Below are positions 23,401 to 34,224 of a stretch of 64,000 nt of DNA, piece by piece. Source of the DNA: Macrostomum hystrix (taxonomy: Eukaryota; Animalia; Platyhelminthes); the NCBI GenBank assembly GCA_950097015.1, contig CATNEN010000028.1, forward strand, positions 806,001-870,000, written 5' to 3'. The notes beneath the pieces were generated by a model that ran no database searches, was not told the origin of the DNA, and worked only from the letters and a program-made list of their open reading frames with translations. A program made the position numbers and the translations under genes. The stretch's first letter is position 1. Each line of letters opens with the position of its first letter.

Positions 23401-26400
23401 TAAATTGCACGACAAGCCCCCAAGCCTTCTCTCCGCGGCTGCGCCTTAAGTGAATGTGGCCTCGCCGTGGAATCGAACTTAGGGACTGTGGTGCGAGTGG
23501 CAAACGCGTTAACCGCTCTGCCACCGACCCCCTTAAAGGTCGCTTGGAACATAATAGTTTTTCAGTACAACAACAAAATTACTGCTCAACTGTTTTTTAC
23601 TTCACACGATTCAATAAAAAATTGAAGCGGTTCAATGAAAGTTAATGCAAGGTCAGAGCTAATGTGCTCTGGTCATTCAGTCAAGCAAAAACTCTTACCA
23701 GTAGTCGGAAAATTCCTTTTGGCGCAACAATGTGACTTCAATCCATAGCGGGGCGCACTTCGCCACCAGATCCTTCAGGCTAACAGAGCATAGCGATCGA
23801 GAGAATGCTCTTAGAAAGATGCCAACCAGTTGGTCGCTTGATGACATCATTCGCATCGACCGGATTGACAGACAGCCGTCCCTCAGCGCAACCCTGCAAT
23901 GTTTGTTTTTTCGCTACAACTTGCGCAAGACCCACATTTTTTGTTGAAAATTTGTACTAATGAAAGCTTAGCTTACTTTTCGGCTGTGCAGCCAGTCGTT
24001 GCCAGAGCAACCAGGCTGCTGACCAACGAAACTGAAGCTGTCGGCTTGAAAGCGTCCAGCATTAGTGACGGTAGGCCGTCGGCGAATCGATCACAGCTTC
24101 TGTACAAATCCGCTGAGCTTCTCATCGGTAGCTCGTTCTTCTGACACACGTAGTTGACTTCCAGGTATCTGGACCGGCCTTGGCAGAAGTCAGCAGATGC
24201 GGCTTGGAAGGCCAGTGCGTAAACTGGAATCCAACAGCTGCTCTGGTTGTTGCACAACAGACTGACAAGATTGGTTGCATAAACCGGATCGCCACACGGA
24301 GCGGTCTGAAATTCATGTATAGTAAACATTCATCGCTAATTTCTTTGTGAAGCATCTAGCTCGTTTAACAGATGCATGTCAATCAACTCACAGGGTAGTT
24401 CCTGCTAGGACAGTTTTCAGGCCGAGTGTTCTCGTATCCGTAATTGGCGCGGTAGATCCACATCCGGGAACCAGCCGGGCAGCCCAGCTGCTGCTCGATG
24501 CCGTCGCAGGCAAACACAGTCAGCAGTTGGTTGGTCTGCACCATGGTGAACTGATCCTCGGGACCGCAGACAGCAGAGGCCATGCCATTCAGCCTGTAGC
24601 CTCGCAGGCGGCACTGGTAGGAAATTAGGTCGTTGAAACGCCACAGCGCGGAAGTTGAATTGTCGATGCTGACCACGCTGTCAGTGATGTTCGGAGCCGG
24701 ACATTGCAGAACTGTTGGGACAGAGGGGAAAAAGGGATGCTTGATAAGGAGCTTTGGAAATTTTTAACACTAGGAAATATCGTATGTTGCTCTTACTTTC
24801 ACATATGGGATCGGCGCCCGTCCAAGCTCCACTTGGCTGACAGAGGCGAGTCGACTTCCCGTTCAAGTAGTACCCGAGCTCACAGCGGTAGACGGCCAGC
24901 GAGCCGATGAAGTAGAGAGCCGAATAGCTGATGCGACCATTCCGTGGTGGGCTCAGTCCCGGACAGGATCGGACCTGCGAACACTTGCCGCTGACCTTCC
25001 AATCGTAGATGAAGCTTCTGCGATTCAGGAAGTCGCGGCCAAAGACGGTGGTACACTGGACCGTGCCTGGGCCATCGACTACGAATCCGGCGTCGCAGGA
25101 GAAGTTGTAGGTTGCCATGTACTTCCTGGACAGGCCTTCTAAACTGAGGTTTCCGTTCATTACAGAGACGCTGTTGGGGCACGTAGCGTCCGTAGCGTTG
25201 ACGATGGATCCGTAGAGAGGTACCCAGGTTACAGCGTTGGTGGCCGGCACACGTTGACAAATAGCCGCAACCAAGTTCAGACTGTTGCTCTCAAACTGAT
25301 AGCCCAATCGAGGAACGATGAACATAATTGTGCCGTAAGGGAATTCCATCCTGGCATTGTACCAGCGACTGGCGGTCCAGTAAAGTCTGCTCCAGTCTAG
25401 ACTTGGTGTTGGGCACATTTGCTCTGCAATTTATATCGGCATTTCTCTTTGTCATTCTACTCGTACGAGCTATTATTGGGCTATTTTAATATTCGATCGT
25501 TTACTTTTTACTTAACTTAATAAACAAAGTTGTATTAGCAGAGACATCCATTCAGAAACTTACCGACACAAGAACGGTTAACTTTCAGGCCTCTAGTGGC
25601 GATGCCTCTGGCGGTCATTGAGGCGCTCAACTCGCTGGTAAAGATGCTGTAGCCCGGGCGACAGCTGCACTCGTAGCTGCCTGGTGTGTTCTGGCAGAAA
25701 TGGTCGCAGTCGTTAGTCCAGCGGGAGCGGCACTCGTTGACATCTGAAAGAAGCCAAATTTTTTTCTTCGTTCGGATGATCAGATTTTTTTGGATTTTTT
25801 ACTCGCTCATACTTACCCACACAGACGCTTGTGCCGCCAAGCATCGCGTAGCCGTCGCGGCAGCGGCAGGTGTACGAACCGATCAAATTCAAACAGGTGT
25901 CAGCTCCGCAGATGTCCTTAGTGACGCTGCACTCGTTCACGTCGACGCAGGTGAGTCGATCGCGGAACGAGCCGCTGCTCTCGCAGGTAGTATAGGCCAT
26001 GGAGGGAGTGTAGCCTTTGTAGCAGACAAGGGACAGGTTCTGGCCGACAGTCAGGAAGCCGCTGAACGGCATGAAGCGCCCGGTTGATGGGCTGTTTGGC
26101 ACCTGGCACCTGGGAGCTGAAACAGGGATACTTTGTTTTGCAAAAAAGGCACCTAACCCAGTCGGGCAAGATTTACTACCCAGTGGCACGCTTCCGAGGG
26201 CTGCTTTCAGCTGTTCAGTCCATGGACTGTGGAGCCGCCACAAGGCCCAAATTTCGATCCCTGCAGGTAATACTAATAGCCGTTTCTCAACTGGATGAAC
26301 TGAAGTTATTAGCAATTAATTATCCTGCTCAATGAAAGAAAATTGTTTCCCTTTGGCTAAGACTCGAACTCCCAACCTATCTAACAATTGGCTGTGAAAC

Positions 26401-29400
26401 AACAAGCCATTAAACCAAGTGGCTGTGAACTCACACAGGCAGGTTGGCCAGGCCGAGGTCCAATTGCCATTGGAGTCGCATAGAAGTGTCCTGGATCCAC
26501 TGATGGTGAAGCCGGATTTGCAGCGCACAATGGCTAGGCCGCCAAATTTGAACACGGTGCCACCGACTATTATCTCCAGGTTCGGATCTCTGTCGGTCGG
26601 TATGCGGCACTGGATGGCTAAAATGTAATCATTGATTTCAGGAATTCATATATTAATATTAAAATATTTTTAATGAAGGACATCTGATAAATTAATTCAT
26701 TGACGTTGAGCTGGTTGGTCACGTACGCTCGCATGTTGGAGTCGCAGTCCACCCAGCCAGGGTGCACATGCTGATGCTCGGGCCAATCAGCTGGTAGCCG
26801 GGCTGACAGTTGTACACAGTGCGATTGCCCAGGAACAGGCCCTCCACCTGGGCGATGCTATTGGCTGTGACGGTTGGCCTGCCGCAGGTTTTCGCTGCAA
26901 CGAAAAGTAACGAGGCCGTTGAAATTCTACACATTTACATTTCAGTTTGTTTTTTAGAACTCTGAGGACGCATAACATACGCAAAGAAGAAGCCTTGCAG
27001 ATCCTACTGTCGGATTCAAAAACAGAATATTCTCCCGCTAAGCTCTACATTAAAACCGCACCCGACGCTATAAGAGGGATACAGCCTATATGCGACCACA
27101 CGCTTTTCAGGCACCTGGAGGTATTTCACACAATGCATCCAATCTGGCTACTCCAACTTACGAATGCAAACCACGGCGCTTGGCGAAAACACGCCTCCCA
27201 TCGAGCAGGTGACAGGTACGAACTCAGTGCTGAGGTTGGCGCTGCCCAGCACAGAGCCGTAGGGGCACGTGAAGTTGATGGTAAGGCCGTAGGCAACATC
27301 GCCGAAACGCCCTATGCAGGGTGTCGAATAGGAAAATCGGAAGCCACGCCGCTGAACGCTGAAGTCAGATCTAAAAGCGATGGTCAGCCGAGTGCTGACA
27401 TTAAAGTTGCCGAGAGCTGCGAGGCTCTGCTGAACCGCTTCCGGTGTGCTGAGGAATCCGAAGTCAGTTGATGCCTGGTTCGAGCTGATGTTCACATAGT
27501 CATAGCCGACCTCGAGGTCGAAGTAGTCCATGTTCAGGCGCCACCGAGGCACCGAGGCCTGAACCACGTATTGGCAGTTGGCCAAGTTCGGATAGACTCC
27601 ATTCTTGCTGGGTGATTCGATGACTCCACTGCTGGCCATCATCTCAATGCTGCATCCGGGACGGACTCGACCAGTTAGGATGTTGCCGCTGTGGCCGGTC
27701 AGAACAGTCGAGAAGCTGCAAAAGGTCTCTACGAGAACGTTCGCGCTGCCGGATACGATGGAGCTCGAGAAATCTCTAGAGCCAAACAGTTCAGCCAGAA
27801 GGAAGGCATCGTCGCTGCTGGAGCCGTCGTAAAACTTGATGCTGCACCCAGTTGGGATGACGAAGGCGTCCAGGCTGAAGCTCAGGTTGGCGGACGCTGA
27901 CACGGAGCTGGTCAAGAGCCAGGTGCAGGACTTGCCGGCAAACAGGTTGGCCGGCTGAATCGCCAGCGAGTAGCCGCTGTTGTCAACACTCTGGGTGAAT
28001 TTGCAGGACGCCTTGGCTGCAGGGCAGGGCGAAGAGGAATGTTAAAAATATTATAGAGACCAATTCATGCCTATGATATTTGAGATATTTGAAAAGGTGG
28101 ATTTCAAAAGGTGGAGTTCAAAAAACAGCGATTCCACTGCGTCATCATTTGACATAACGAGTCGAGTGTTTACGAGGCCAAATATTTCATAGTGCATTCA
28201 TTGTGCTCTGCTCTGCACTGTGCCCACTTACTACAAGTAGACAATGGCTCGGAGCCACTTGTCAGGTGGCTAACAAACCCACCCAGTTTTCGCTTTGTTA
28301 CTAAATTTAGTAACAGCCTGTCGACGGTTCGTTTTGAATCAAAAGCAAACGCACGCACAGCATTGTCCATAGAAAATAAAAGAAAATGTAAAAAATTGAC
28401 AGAGAAAATTGAAGGGCACCGCAGGACGCACCCAATTTTATTCCAAACAATTATGAAAGGCTTGATGCGTGGACAGACACGCGGTCTAAACAAGCACTGT
28501 CTGAACAAATCATCGCTTTGTGACCTGCCTCGGTCTCTCTAGGTATTCAAATAAACTGCAGGTCTCTGCAGGCATGGCCTGACACTGGCTGTGTCACAGT
28601 TCGGAGACTGGAAGACCCATATGCTCGGTACTCGTATTGTTCGTCTCCGCTAGCCAAAGCCATTGTGACGACGCTAAGCCTGACCGAATGGGCAACACAA
28701 ACCTCTTCAATCATTTCTGGGTTGAGTGGAATTTTCCGGATAGCGCCTCTGTGTGGCGTGACTCTTCTGTGTTTTCTTTATCTCGCTAAGGTGAACATTA
28801 TTTTTTCATTGACGCAAGCTAGCCGACTGGGCTGCGAGTTATTTTCAGCTCAGCCAACTCAACTGCCATAGTATGAAAAATATACAAAAAACAATTAATC
28901 AAGTACGCGTGATCGCCCGTTGCTAAATATTGTACAGCCCTATGGTTGTAGAAAACCTAAATCCATGACATTAGAAAATGGACAGAAAAGGACATTAATG
29001 AACTTACAGACAGCGTACGAGATGTTAAAGCCTTTGTTTTGCACGCTGAAGTCGCTGGTGAAGACCATTGAGACAATGTCAGCTCCCTGGGGCATTGTCC
29101 ACGAGTTGCCGTTGACCAAGCTGCCGCTGATGGGCAGTCGAACACGCAGCATGGCCTTCGGATCGCCCAAATAAACTTCCAGCTTGTCGAAGAAGAGCTC
29201 GGTTTTGAACTCGTTAAACTGTGGAACGGAATGTTCAAGTATCACGTTTGAATAGAAAACGGATAAAACAACTAACAATTCTGAACATTGATATGCAAAA
29301 ATGTGGCAACATTGCTATTAGAAGCGTCTAATTTGGTTTCAGTGATTAAAAGCTACCGAAGCACCACCAACACAGTACGAAGCCGCTGATTGTCCACATG

Positions 29401-30816
29401 GAGCGCCTCTTGACAAAGAGAAATCGTGGCATCCCTTGTGTATGTGTGTGCTTGTGTGCGCTCTGGTGTCTGCGAAATGGGACGAATTGCCTAAGTCCCT
29501 GACTGCGAGTCAACTGCATTTAAATGAGCGTTGACAGCACCCCAGTCTCAAGCTAGTAAACAATAATCAATCCTATGATTATGAGTATCGAAATTCGGCT
29601 AATACTCACGGTCAACTTCAGCTCATCAGTTTTATCCATGTAGATTGTCCACAGGCACTTAACATTGCTAGGATAGTTGTTGGGATAGCTTGGCGAGATG
29701 ATGAAGCCAGTGGCATCCGTTGAGGAATTAAAGGTGCCACCGCAGCTCACCTGGCGGGCTGCACATTCGGGCACAAATGGCTCAGATTTTGTCCGTCTAT
29801 TCAATTAAATTGTTCGAGAAATAAGATAGATTCTAGTTAAGAACTCACGGCACTGCGGCTGATCTTCGTCATCACCGGCAGGACAGTCGGTGCGACCGTC
29901 GCACAGCTGGCACCGGGTGATGACACGGCCCCCGCGACAACGGTACCAACCACTGGTGCACGGGTCAGCCTCGCAGACGAAGCGGCGCTTGCGGTCGCAG
30001 AAGCTCAAACTCCAGGAGTCGTCCGAGTCTCGCTCGGCGTCCAGCTCAGCGCACTGCTCGCCTGGTGGAGTTGAGCAGACGGTTTTTCTTCTGGGTTAAT
30101 CAACTGCTGAAAAATATTACAGTTTTTGTCGTCTCACCTGTGCCGGAGTCCATGATCGCGTAGTTCCAGTAGCCGCGGTACTGCGCCCGCATGCCGCCCC
30201 TGGACAGTCGGCAGTCGCGATCGAAGCTGCGGTGGCAGCGCATGCCGAACCAGAATCGGAAGTTGCGCATGAAGGCAGCGCCGCGGAACTCGCGCACCAG
30301 CCAGCGGGTCAGGCAGCGGCCCTCCACCTCGGCGAGGCGGCCGCCAACGCTGGAGAAAAAAACAAGTAAAATCGGTGCATTGGGACGTGACGTTTTGTTT
30401 GAAATTGCAGCTCGACCAGAACGTCAGTACCTAGACCGAAAGTGTTCTCAAGAAAGCCTTACCTGGCGCAGGTGCTGTTAGCCTGGTCCCAGCGCATGGC
30501 CTGGGAATAGAAGCGATAGCACATCGGACCTCTGGCGTATAACTGGTAGCCTGAGGGACAGAGGGTTGATTTATCGAATGAAATATTTATCAATAAATTA
30601 TTATCAATAGCTGTGCGAGTTTCTCTAAAGCGAAAAGCGAAATTGGCACAAAGAATTACCCGGTGGGCAGGTGTAAAATGCGGCGTCGCCCAGAACAAGA
30701 TCCGAGCAGCCGTAGCGAAAGTTCCATCGCTGACCGATGGAGCGCCGCGCCTCGATGATGCTGAATGCCAGGCACAGGCAGGCAACAATGAGGGCCAGCT
30801 GATGCTTCTGCCCCAT
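6702..30816 (-). CDS. uif: Giant type I membrane protein, Uninflatable/SVEP1-like (CLECT, LDLa, 3 CUB, sushi, EGF, SUEL, repeated cassettes, HYR, GCC/ephrin-receptor-like Cys repeats, 14 tandem EGF, LamG/pentraxin-like, TM); ~5,885 aa, 42 exons
   Basis: Hand-assembled exons, all GT-AG and in phase: 30816-30660, 30550-30463, 30349-30138, 30061-29849, 29758-29610, 29218-29008, 28016-27162, 26894-26727, 26617-26435, 26116-25817, 25743-25564, 25423-24797, 24713-24391, 24305-23977, 23893-23699, 23105-22516, 22412-21642, 21449-21220 (acceptor least certain), 21134-21020, 20933-20854, 20755-19793, 19690-19579, 19388-19273, 19181-18744, 18650-18413, 18333-17996, 17867-17741, 17624-16866, 16609-16284, 16212-16095, 16011-15574, 15463-14712, 14601-13905, 13803-13075, 12990-12775, 12686-12514, 12363-12123, 12034-9845, 9756-9576, 9455-8728, 8598-8503, 8407-6702. 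Total 17,658 nt, divisible by 3. Signal peptide [23 protein letters not shown]; [26 protein letters not shown]. The domain set matches that described for Drosophila Uninflatable; orthology is inferred, so the symbol is tentative. Confidence 0.88.
8503..9756 (-). other. LamG/pentraxin-like domain, EGF-like unit, HYR domain, start of a sushi domain
   Basis: [21 protein letters not shown]...[12 protein letters not shown] (LamG/pentraxin); [11 protein letters not shown]...PEFADNSG...[19 protein letters not shown] (HYR). Confidence 0.85.
9845..12034 (-). other. 2.19-kb exon: 3 GCC-type Cys repeats followed by 14 tandem EGF repeats
   Basis: ORF 9783-12104; CxxxPCxNGGxC...CxCxxGxxGxxC counted 14 times; several have DIDE/NIDD calcium-binding starts. 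Confidence 0.95.
12123..13803 (-). other. RRKRR site, two HYR domains, a sushi domain and the alpha/beta domain preceding the GCC repeats
   Basis: [12 protein letters not shown]...VSDNSG...[17 protein letters not shown] and [10 protein letters not shown]...[17 protein letters not shown] (HYR); CTVSCPAGF...VTCSGNSSW (sushi). Confidence 0.85.
23166..23532 (-). mobile_element. Full-length tRNA-derived SINE (intronic) with a 13-bp target-site duplication
   Basis: Head with A box TGGCAGAGCGG and B box GTTCGATTCC; (ATT)n tail; TTAAAGGTCGCTT at both 23153-23165 and 23533-23545. Confidence 0.9.
23977..26894 (-). other. Sushi x3, Ca-EGF x2, sushi x4, SUEL/galactose-binding lectin domain
   Basis: [13 protein letters not shown]; DVNEC twice; ACDG...[17 protein letters not shown]...C...C......C...C....YLEVNYVC is the SUEL/Gal_Lectin pattern. 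Confidence 0.85.
27162..30816 (-). other. N-terminal block: signal peptide, C-type lectin, LDLa, three CUB domains, sushi-like unit
   Basis: CPPGYQ...[18 protein letters not shown]...GGRLAEV...FWFG...C (CLECT); [11 protein letters not shown]....[15 protein letters not shown] (LDLa); CGG...[20 protein letters not shown]...[16 protein letters not shown] (CUB). Confidence 0.9.
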
Positions 30817-31471
30817 CGTTGACAATCTAGCTGATGATTAGTTGCGCGTGAGTGTTTGTCGCTCCACAGTGCAGAGGTTTAAAGTCTGTTTCAAGCTTTA
30901 GTCACAACGCTGATCTCGCTTGGATGGTTGTAGGCAGCTCTTAGTCTGCGCTCTTAAATAGACTGAAGAAACCCCACCCAGATTTTTTCAAAGCAATTTT
31001 GTTTACTCTTGGCTACCCCTGCCTACTCGGGTGGGTTTGTGAAGAGCCGAATCACATATTTGCATTGTTCCAGCAGCTGCCCCAGCAGAGAACCCACAGC
31101 CTTTGGTGTCTCGAAAATGCCTTTAGCTAGACCATGCATTGTCTGCTATACTTCTGATACGAGTATAGCATCTGCTATACTATACAAAATATAACTATAC
31201 TTCGATGCAGATTTTGTGAATGTACATTAAATTATTTTATGCAAGTCTAAAGTTTCGTGTTTTAAATGCTATCCATTCAAGGACATTTTAATGCATACTC
31301 TATAGTTTTTGGATCACCAATTCGGGGGGGGGGAAATCGCTAGGTTTGATTAAAGCTGTCAAAAAATTGCAGCTTTTATTTTTTTCCGCAAAGTTAATGT
31401 GGTGCTTCCCGTATATGTCGATTCAATCGAAACCATGCATCAGACCATCACGGATGGATGCTTTCTAGAAG

Positions 31472-31790
31472 GCGGTCGGTGGTAGCAGAGCGGTTGACGC
31501 GTTTGCCTCTCGCACCAAGTTCGATTCCACGGCTCATTTGGGGCGCAGCCGCGGAGAGAAGGCTTGGGGGCTTGTCATGCAATTTACGCCCTCCTCAGTG
31601 AAGTGTACACTACCTGACAACTGAGAAAGTCAGGACAGATGTACACACCTGTGTGAGCGTGTATCCTACGTATCTGTATGCGTAGGAGTAATCGAAATGG
31701 GCAGAATTGCCTCCTCGCTGGCTGCGGGTCCAGTGTCACTAAATGATGTGCCATTGCCCGCAGCCCTCCTGCAGGTATTATTATATTACG
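31472..31790 (+). mobile_element. SINE copy, same family
   Basis: GCAGAGCGGTTGACGCG...GTTCGATTCC head, shared body (GAGAAAGTCAGG.CAGATGTACAC; GAAATGGGCAGAATTGCCTCCTCGCTGGCTGCGGG), TATTATT tail; small internal deletions. Confidence 0.88.
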
Positions 31791-32330
31791 AGTATTATAC
31801 CATCGAGACAGTTCAAGCGTGGCCATCTACGGAGCCAATGAGGTGATGGCTTCATTTATCTGCAAGGTGGCTAAGTCATCTCGAGCCTGCACACTTCATG
31901 ATGTTTTAACCGCGCCATCGTGAACACAGCTCCCCCAGGTATCTTGGCACGGAGCTCGCGTGGTCGGGAGAAGCACTTATAGGGGGCCCTATAGCAGCCA
32001 TGCCCATGGCGCCATGCTGACAGCCCTGACCTTCTCTACGATTTTTTACTCTTTTGAGCTGGTCGATCGACCCGTTTCCCGAGCAGCATTAAAAGTTTGT
32101 GCATAATTTCGATACGCTACTAAGGTCAACATTTTGAGTAGGGTGCTCAGCAAGACGTCACAACCTATGCAGCGGCTGCATAAGTTGGAGTGGTGAACTG
32201 ACGATGGAAAGTTTATTTCGATAAAAAATTAGAAGGCTTACGCATAAATAATTGAAGCTATGCAATTTGAGTCAGTTAGTAAATGAGCAGTTTACAGTGA
32301 AGGTAAATGGAATTATTTATGTCCAATATT

Positions 32331-33422
32331 CTAGTCAATCATCAACTCGAAAGCCAGCCTTTCGGTTCGCGATCCCTTAGCAGCTGGCAGGTTGCGTACG
32401 TTCGACATCCAGCATTCAATCATGATGGCCACGTTGCGCTTCGGATTCATGAACTTTACAGCCACGAGCGGACTCCGGTAGCCCACCTGTGTCAGGTAGG
32501 GATAGAACAGCGGGCTAATGATCCCGTACTCGACTCCGTTGATCGTCTCAGATGGAAAATACTTGATGGGGCCGACATTCTCCTTGTCTGTGTCGGTTCT
32601 TCCATCGCAATGCAGGAGCATGTTGTAGGAGGTTGTATTGCTGATGATGTCGGGCACCCAGCCGTAGACGCGGTTCAGCTTCAGGAGCACGCAGGGTGCG
32701 CCGCGCGGATAGCCGAAGAAAGCTTGCTTGCTGCACACGTCCCCCAGCCATTCCAGTTGGAATCGGCACGGGTCAAGCGGGTCCTGACTACCGCGGTGCT
32801 GCGTCTCAATATTGCAGTCCACAATGTTGACGTCCCGCTCGGTGTTGTAGAAGAGCTCGTACTGGTCCAGGTAGGCCTGAAGGTGGCCCGTGTAGATCAG
32901 GTAGCTCTCTGGCCTGGTCTGCCTAAAGCGGATGAGTGTTCCCATGAAGTCGGGCACCGGTCGCATCGCCAGAACAGGTGAGAAGCGCAGCACATTCTGC
33001 TCCCCAGTAAGGTGAGGCGTGTCCTCATTGATGATCACAAAGGAGAAGATCACATAGCTCACAGCCAAGAGCAGCACAATTAGCGAGTAAAAAATTATGT
33101 ACGACACAATCAGAGCCAGGAAGTCCGTCAGAGTTCGATCCAGTATTCGCTTGGACTCGGGATTGTACAGGTAGGTGAAAAACGCCTCGGCCTCGCGCAC
33201 CAGAGCGGGCCGGCGGTCAGGCGGCTCGCTGTAAGTGTTGTTGGCCGTCTGCACTGTATAGCGGCTGGCCTTGGTGACTTGCGAGCGAGCGGCAACGCTT
33301 CCGCCGGCTGCCGAGCTGGCCCCCGTCACGCTGGGCGCCGACTTGTGCGGCTTCATCTCGAGGCTGCCCCCATCGTCGAAGTCGAAGCCTTTGGACTCGT
33401 TGCCGCTCTGGAAGAAGGACAT
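32331..33422 (-). CDS. ATP1B: Na+/K+-ATPase beta subunit (nervana-like), single exon, 363 aa
   Basis: FFTYLYNPESKRILDRT, one TM (LIVSYIIFYSLIVLLLAV), all six ectodomain Cys, FFGYPRGAPCVLLKLNRVYGWVP, FYPY...YRSPLVAVKF, IECW. AATAAA on the minus strand at 32212-32217. Confidence 0.95.
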   Translation of the reverse strand: MSFFQSGNESKGFDFDDGGSLEMKPHKSAPSVTGASSAAGGSVAARSQVTKASRYTVQTANNTYSEPPDRRPALVREAEAFFTYLYNPESKRILDRTLTDFLALIVSYIIFYSLIVLLLAVSYVIFSFVIINEDTPHLTGEQNVLRFSPVLAMRPVPDFMGTLIRFRQTRPESYLIYTGHLQAYLDQYELFYNTERDVNIVDCNIETQHRGSQDPLDPCRFQLEWLGDVCSKQAFFGYPRGAPCVLLKLNRVYGWVPDIISNTTSYNMLLHCDGRTDTDKENVGPIKYFPSETINGVEYGIISPLFYPYLTQVGYRSPLVAVKFMNPKRNVAIMIECWMSNVRNLPAAKGSRTERLAFELMID

Positions 33423-34166
33423 TTCAGCCGGTGTATGATCCGAACGGTTCAGGTCGACTCACTTCCGCACTCGCTCTCGGCTCTGTTAGTTAGCCATTTT
33501 CTAGCCTTTCCATTTGCTCCACCCTCTGAGCCGCTTTGCTTTTGCAATGAGATAAGAAGCGGCCCACAAGCCGAACTCGGAATCGCCGGTGAAACTCTTA
33601 TCAGCAATGCGGGCATCGATTCTTGCAGGCATTGCCCATAGCGCCCAGCAGGTGTACAATGTTCCACTAAGCAACGAGGGTACATAGATTGAGCCTCACT
33701 ATCAAAGCTATTCTGCTCTGTTCGGGTGCATGACTCACCGGTTTCGAGTACTCTGCACTGGCCTCCAAAGTTGGCTTACAATTCTTCGTTTTTTGGTAAT
33801 AAACCTTTGAAAGGCCAGACAGGCAGCTAGTCTGTCTCTCCGACAGATCTTTTTGTTGCCATTTCTGCTTTTGAGAATGAAGAAGAGAGCCTGTGAGAAG
33901 CCTTGAAAGTGTTTTCTTCGTCATTGTTCTTTCTCGAGCAATTCGTGCTGCCAACACTTCTCAGACTTTCGGTCTGCGCAACTATAAAGCTGCTAAGAGC
34001 ATGAAAACTAAATTTATTACTTTAATTTGACAGCCTAAAAACACATTGAAAAATGCTGCCTGACTGCGGTGGTGAGGAGTCTCGTATCACGAAGCAGGGG
34101 GGGGGGAAGTACAACCGAATAGCCAAACTCCTCAATGCGGTTTCCGCTCTAAGGATCCTTGACGTC

Positions 34167-34220
34167 GCTCTGGGACCTTGATGCGAGAGGCTAACGCGTT
34201 ACCCGCTCTGCCGCTGACCC
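34167..34220 (-). mobile_element. SINE head fragment (tRNA-like part only), abutting the 30-bp satellite
   Basis: GGGTCAGCGGCAGAGCGGGTAACGCGTTAGCCTCTCGCATCAAGGTCCCAGAGC aligns by eye with the heads of the other copies; it stops at the B box. Confidence 0.75.
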
Positions 34221-34224
34221 ACGT

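Noticed and set aside
23450-23532. Functional tRNA genes at the SINE heads
   Set aside because: Anticodon and acceptor stems do not pair consistently between copies, and each head runs into the shared SINE body.
6978-30481. Numerous plus-strand and off-frame ORFs overlapping the giant gene
   Set aside because: Shadow ORFs of GC-rich coding exons with no independent motifs.
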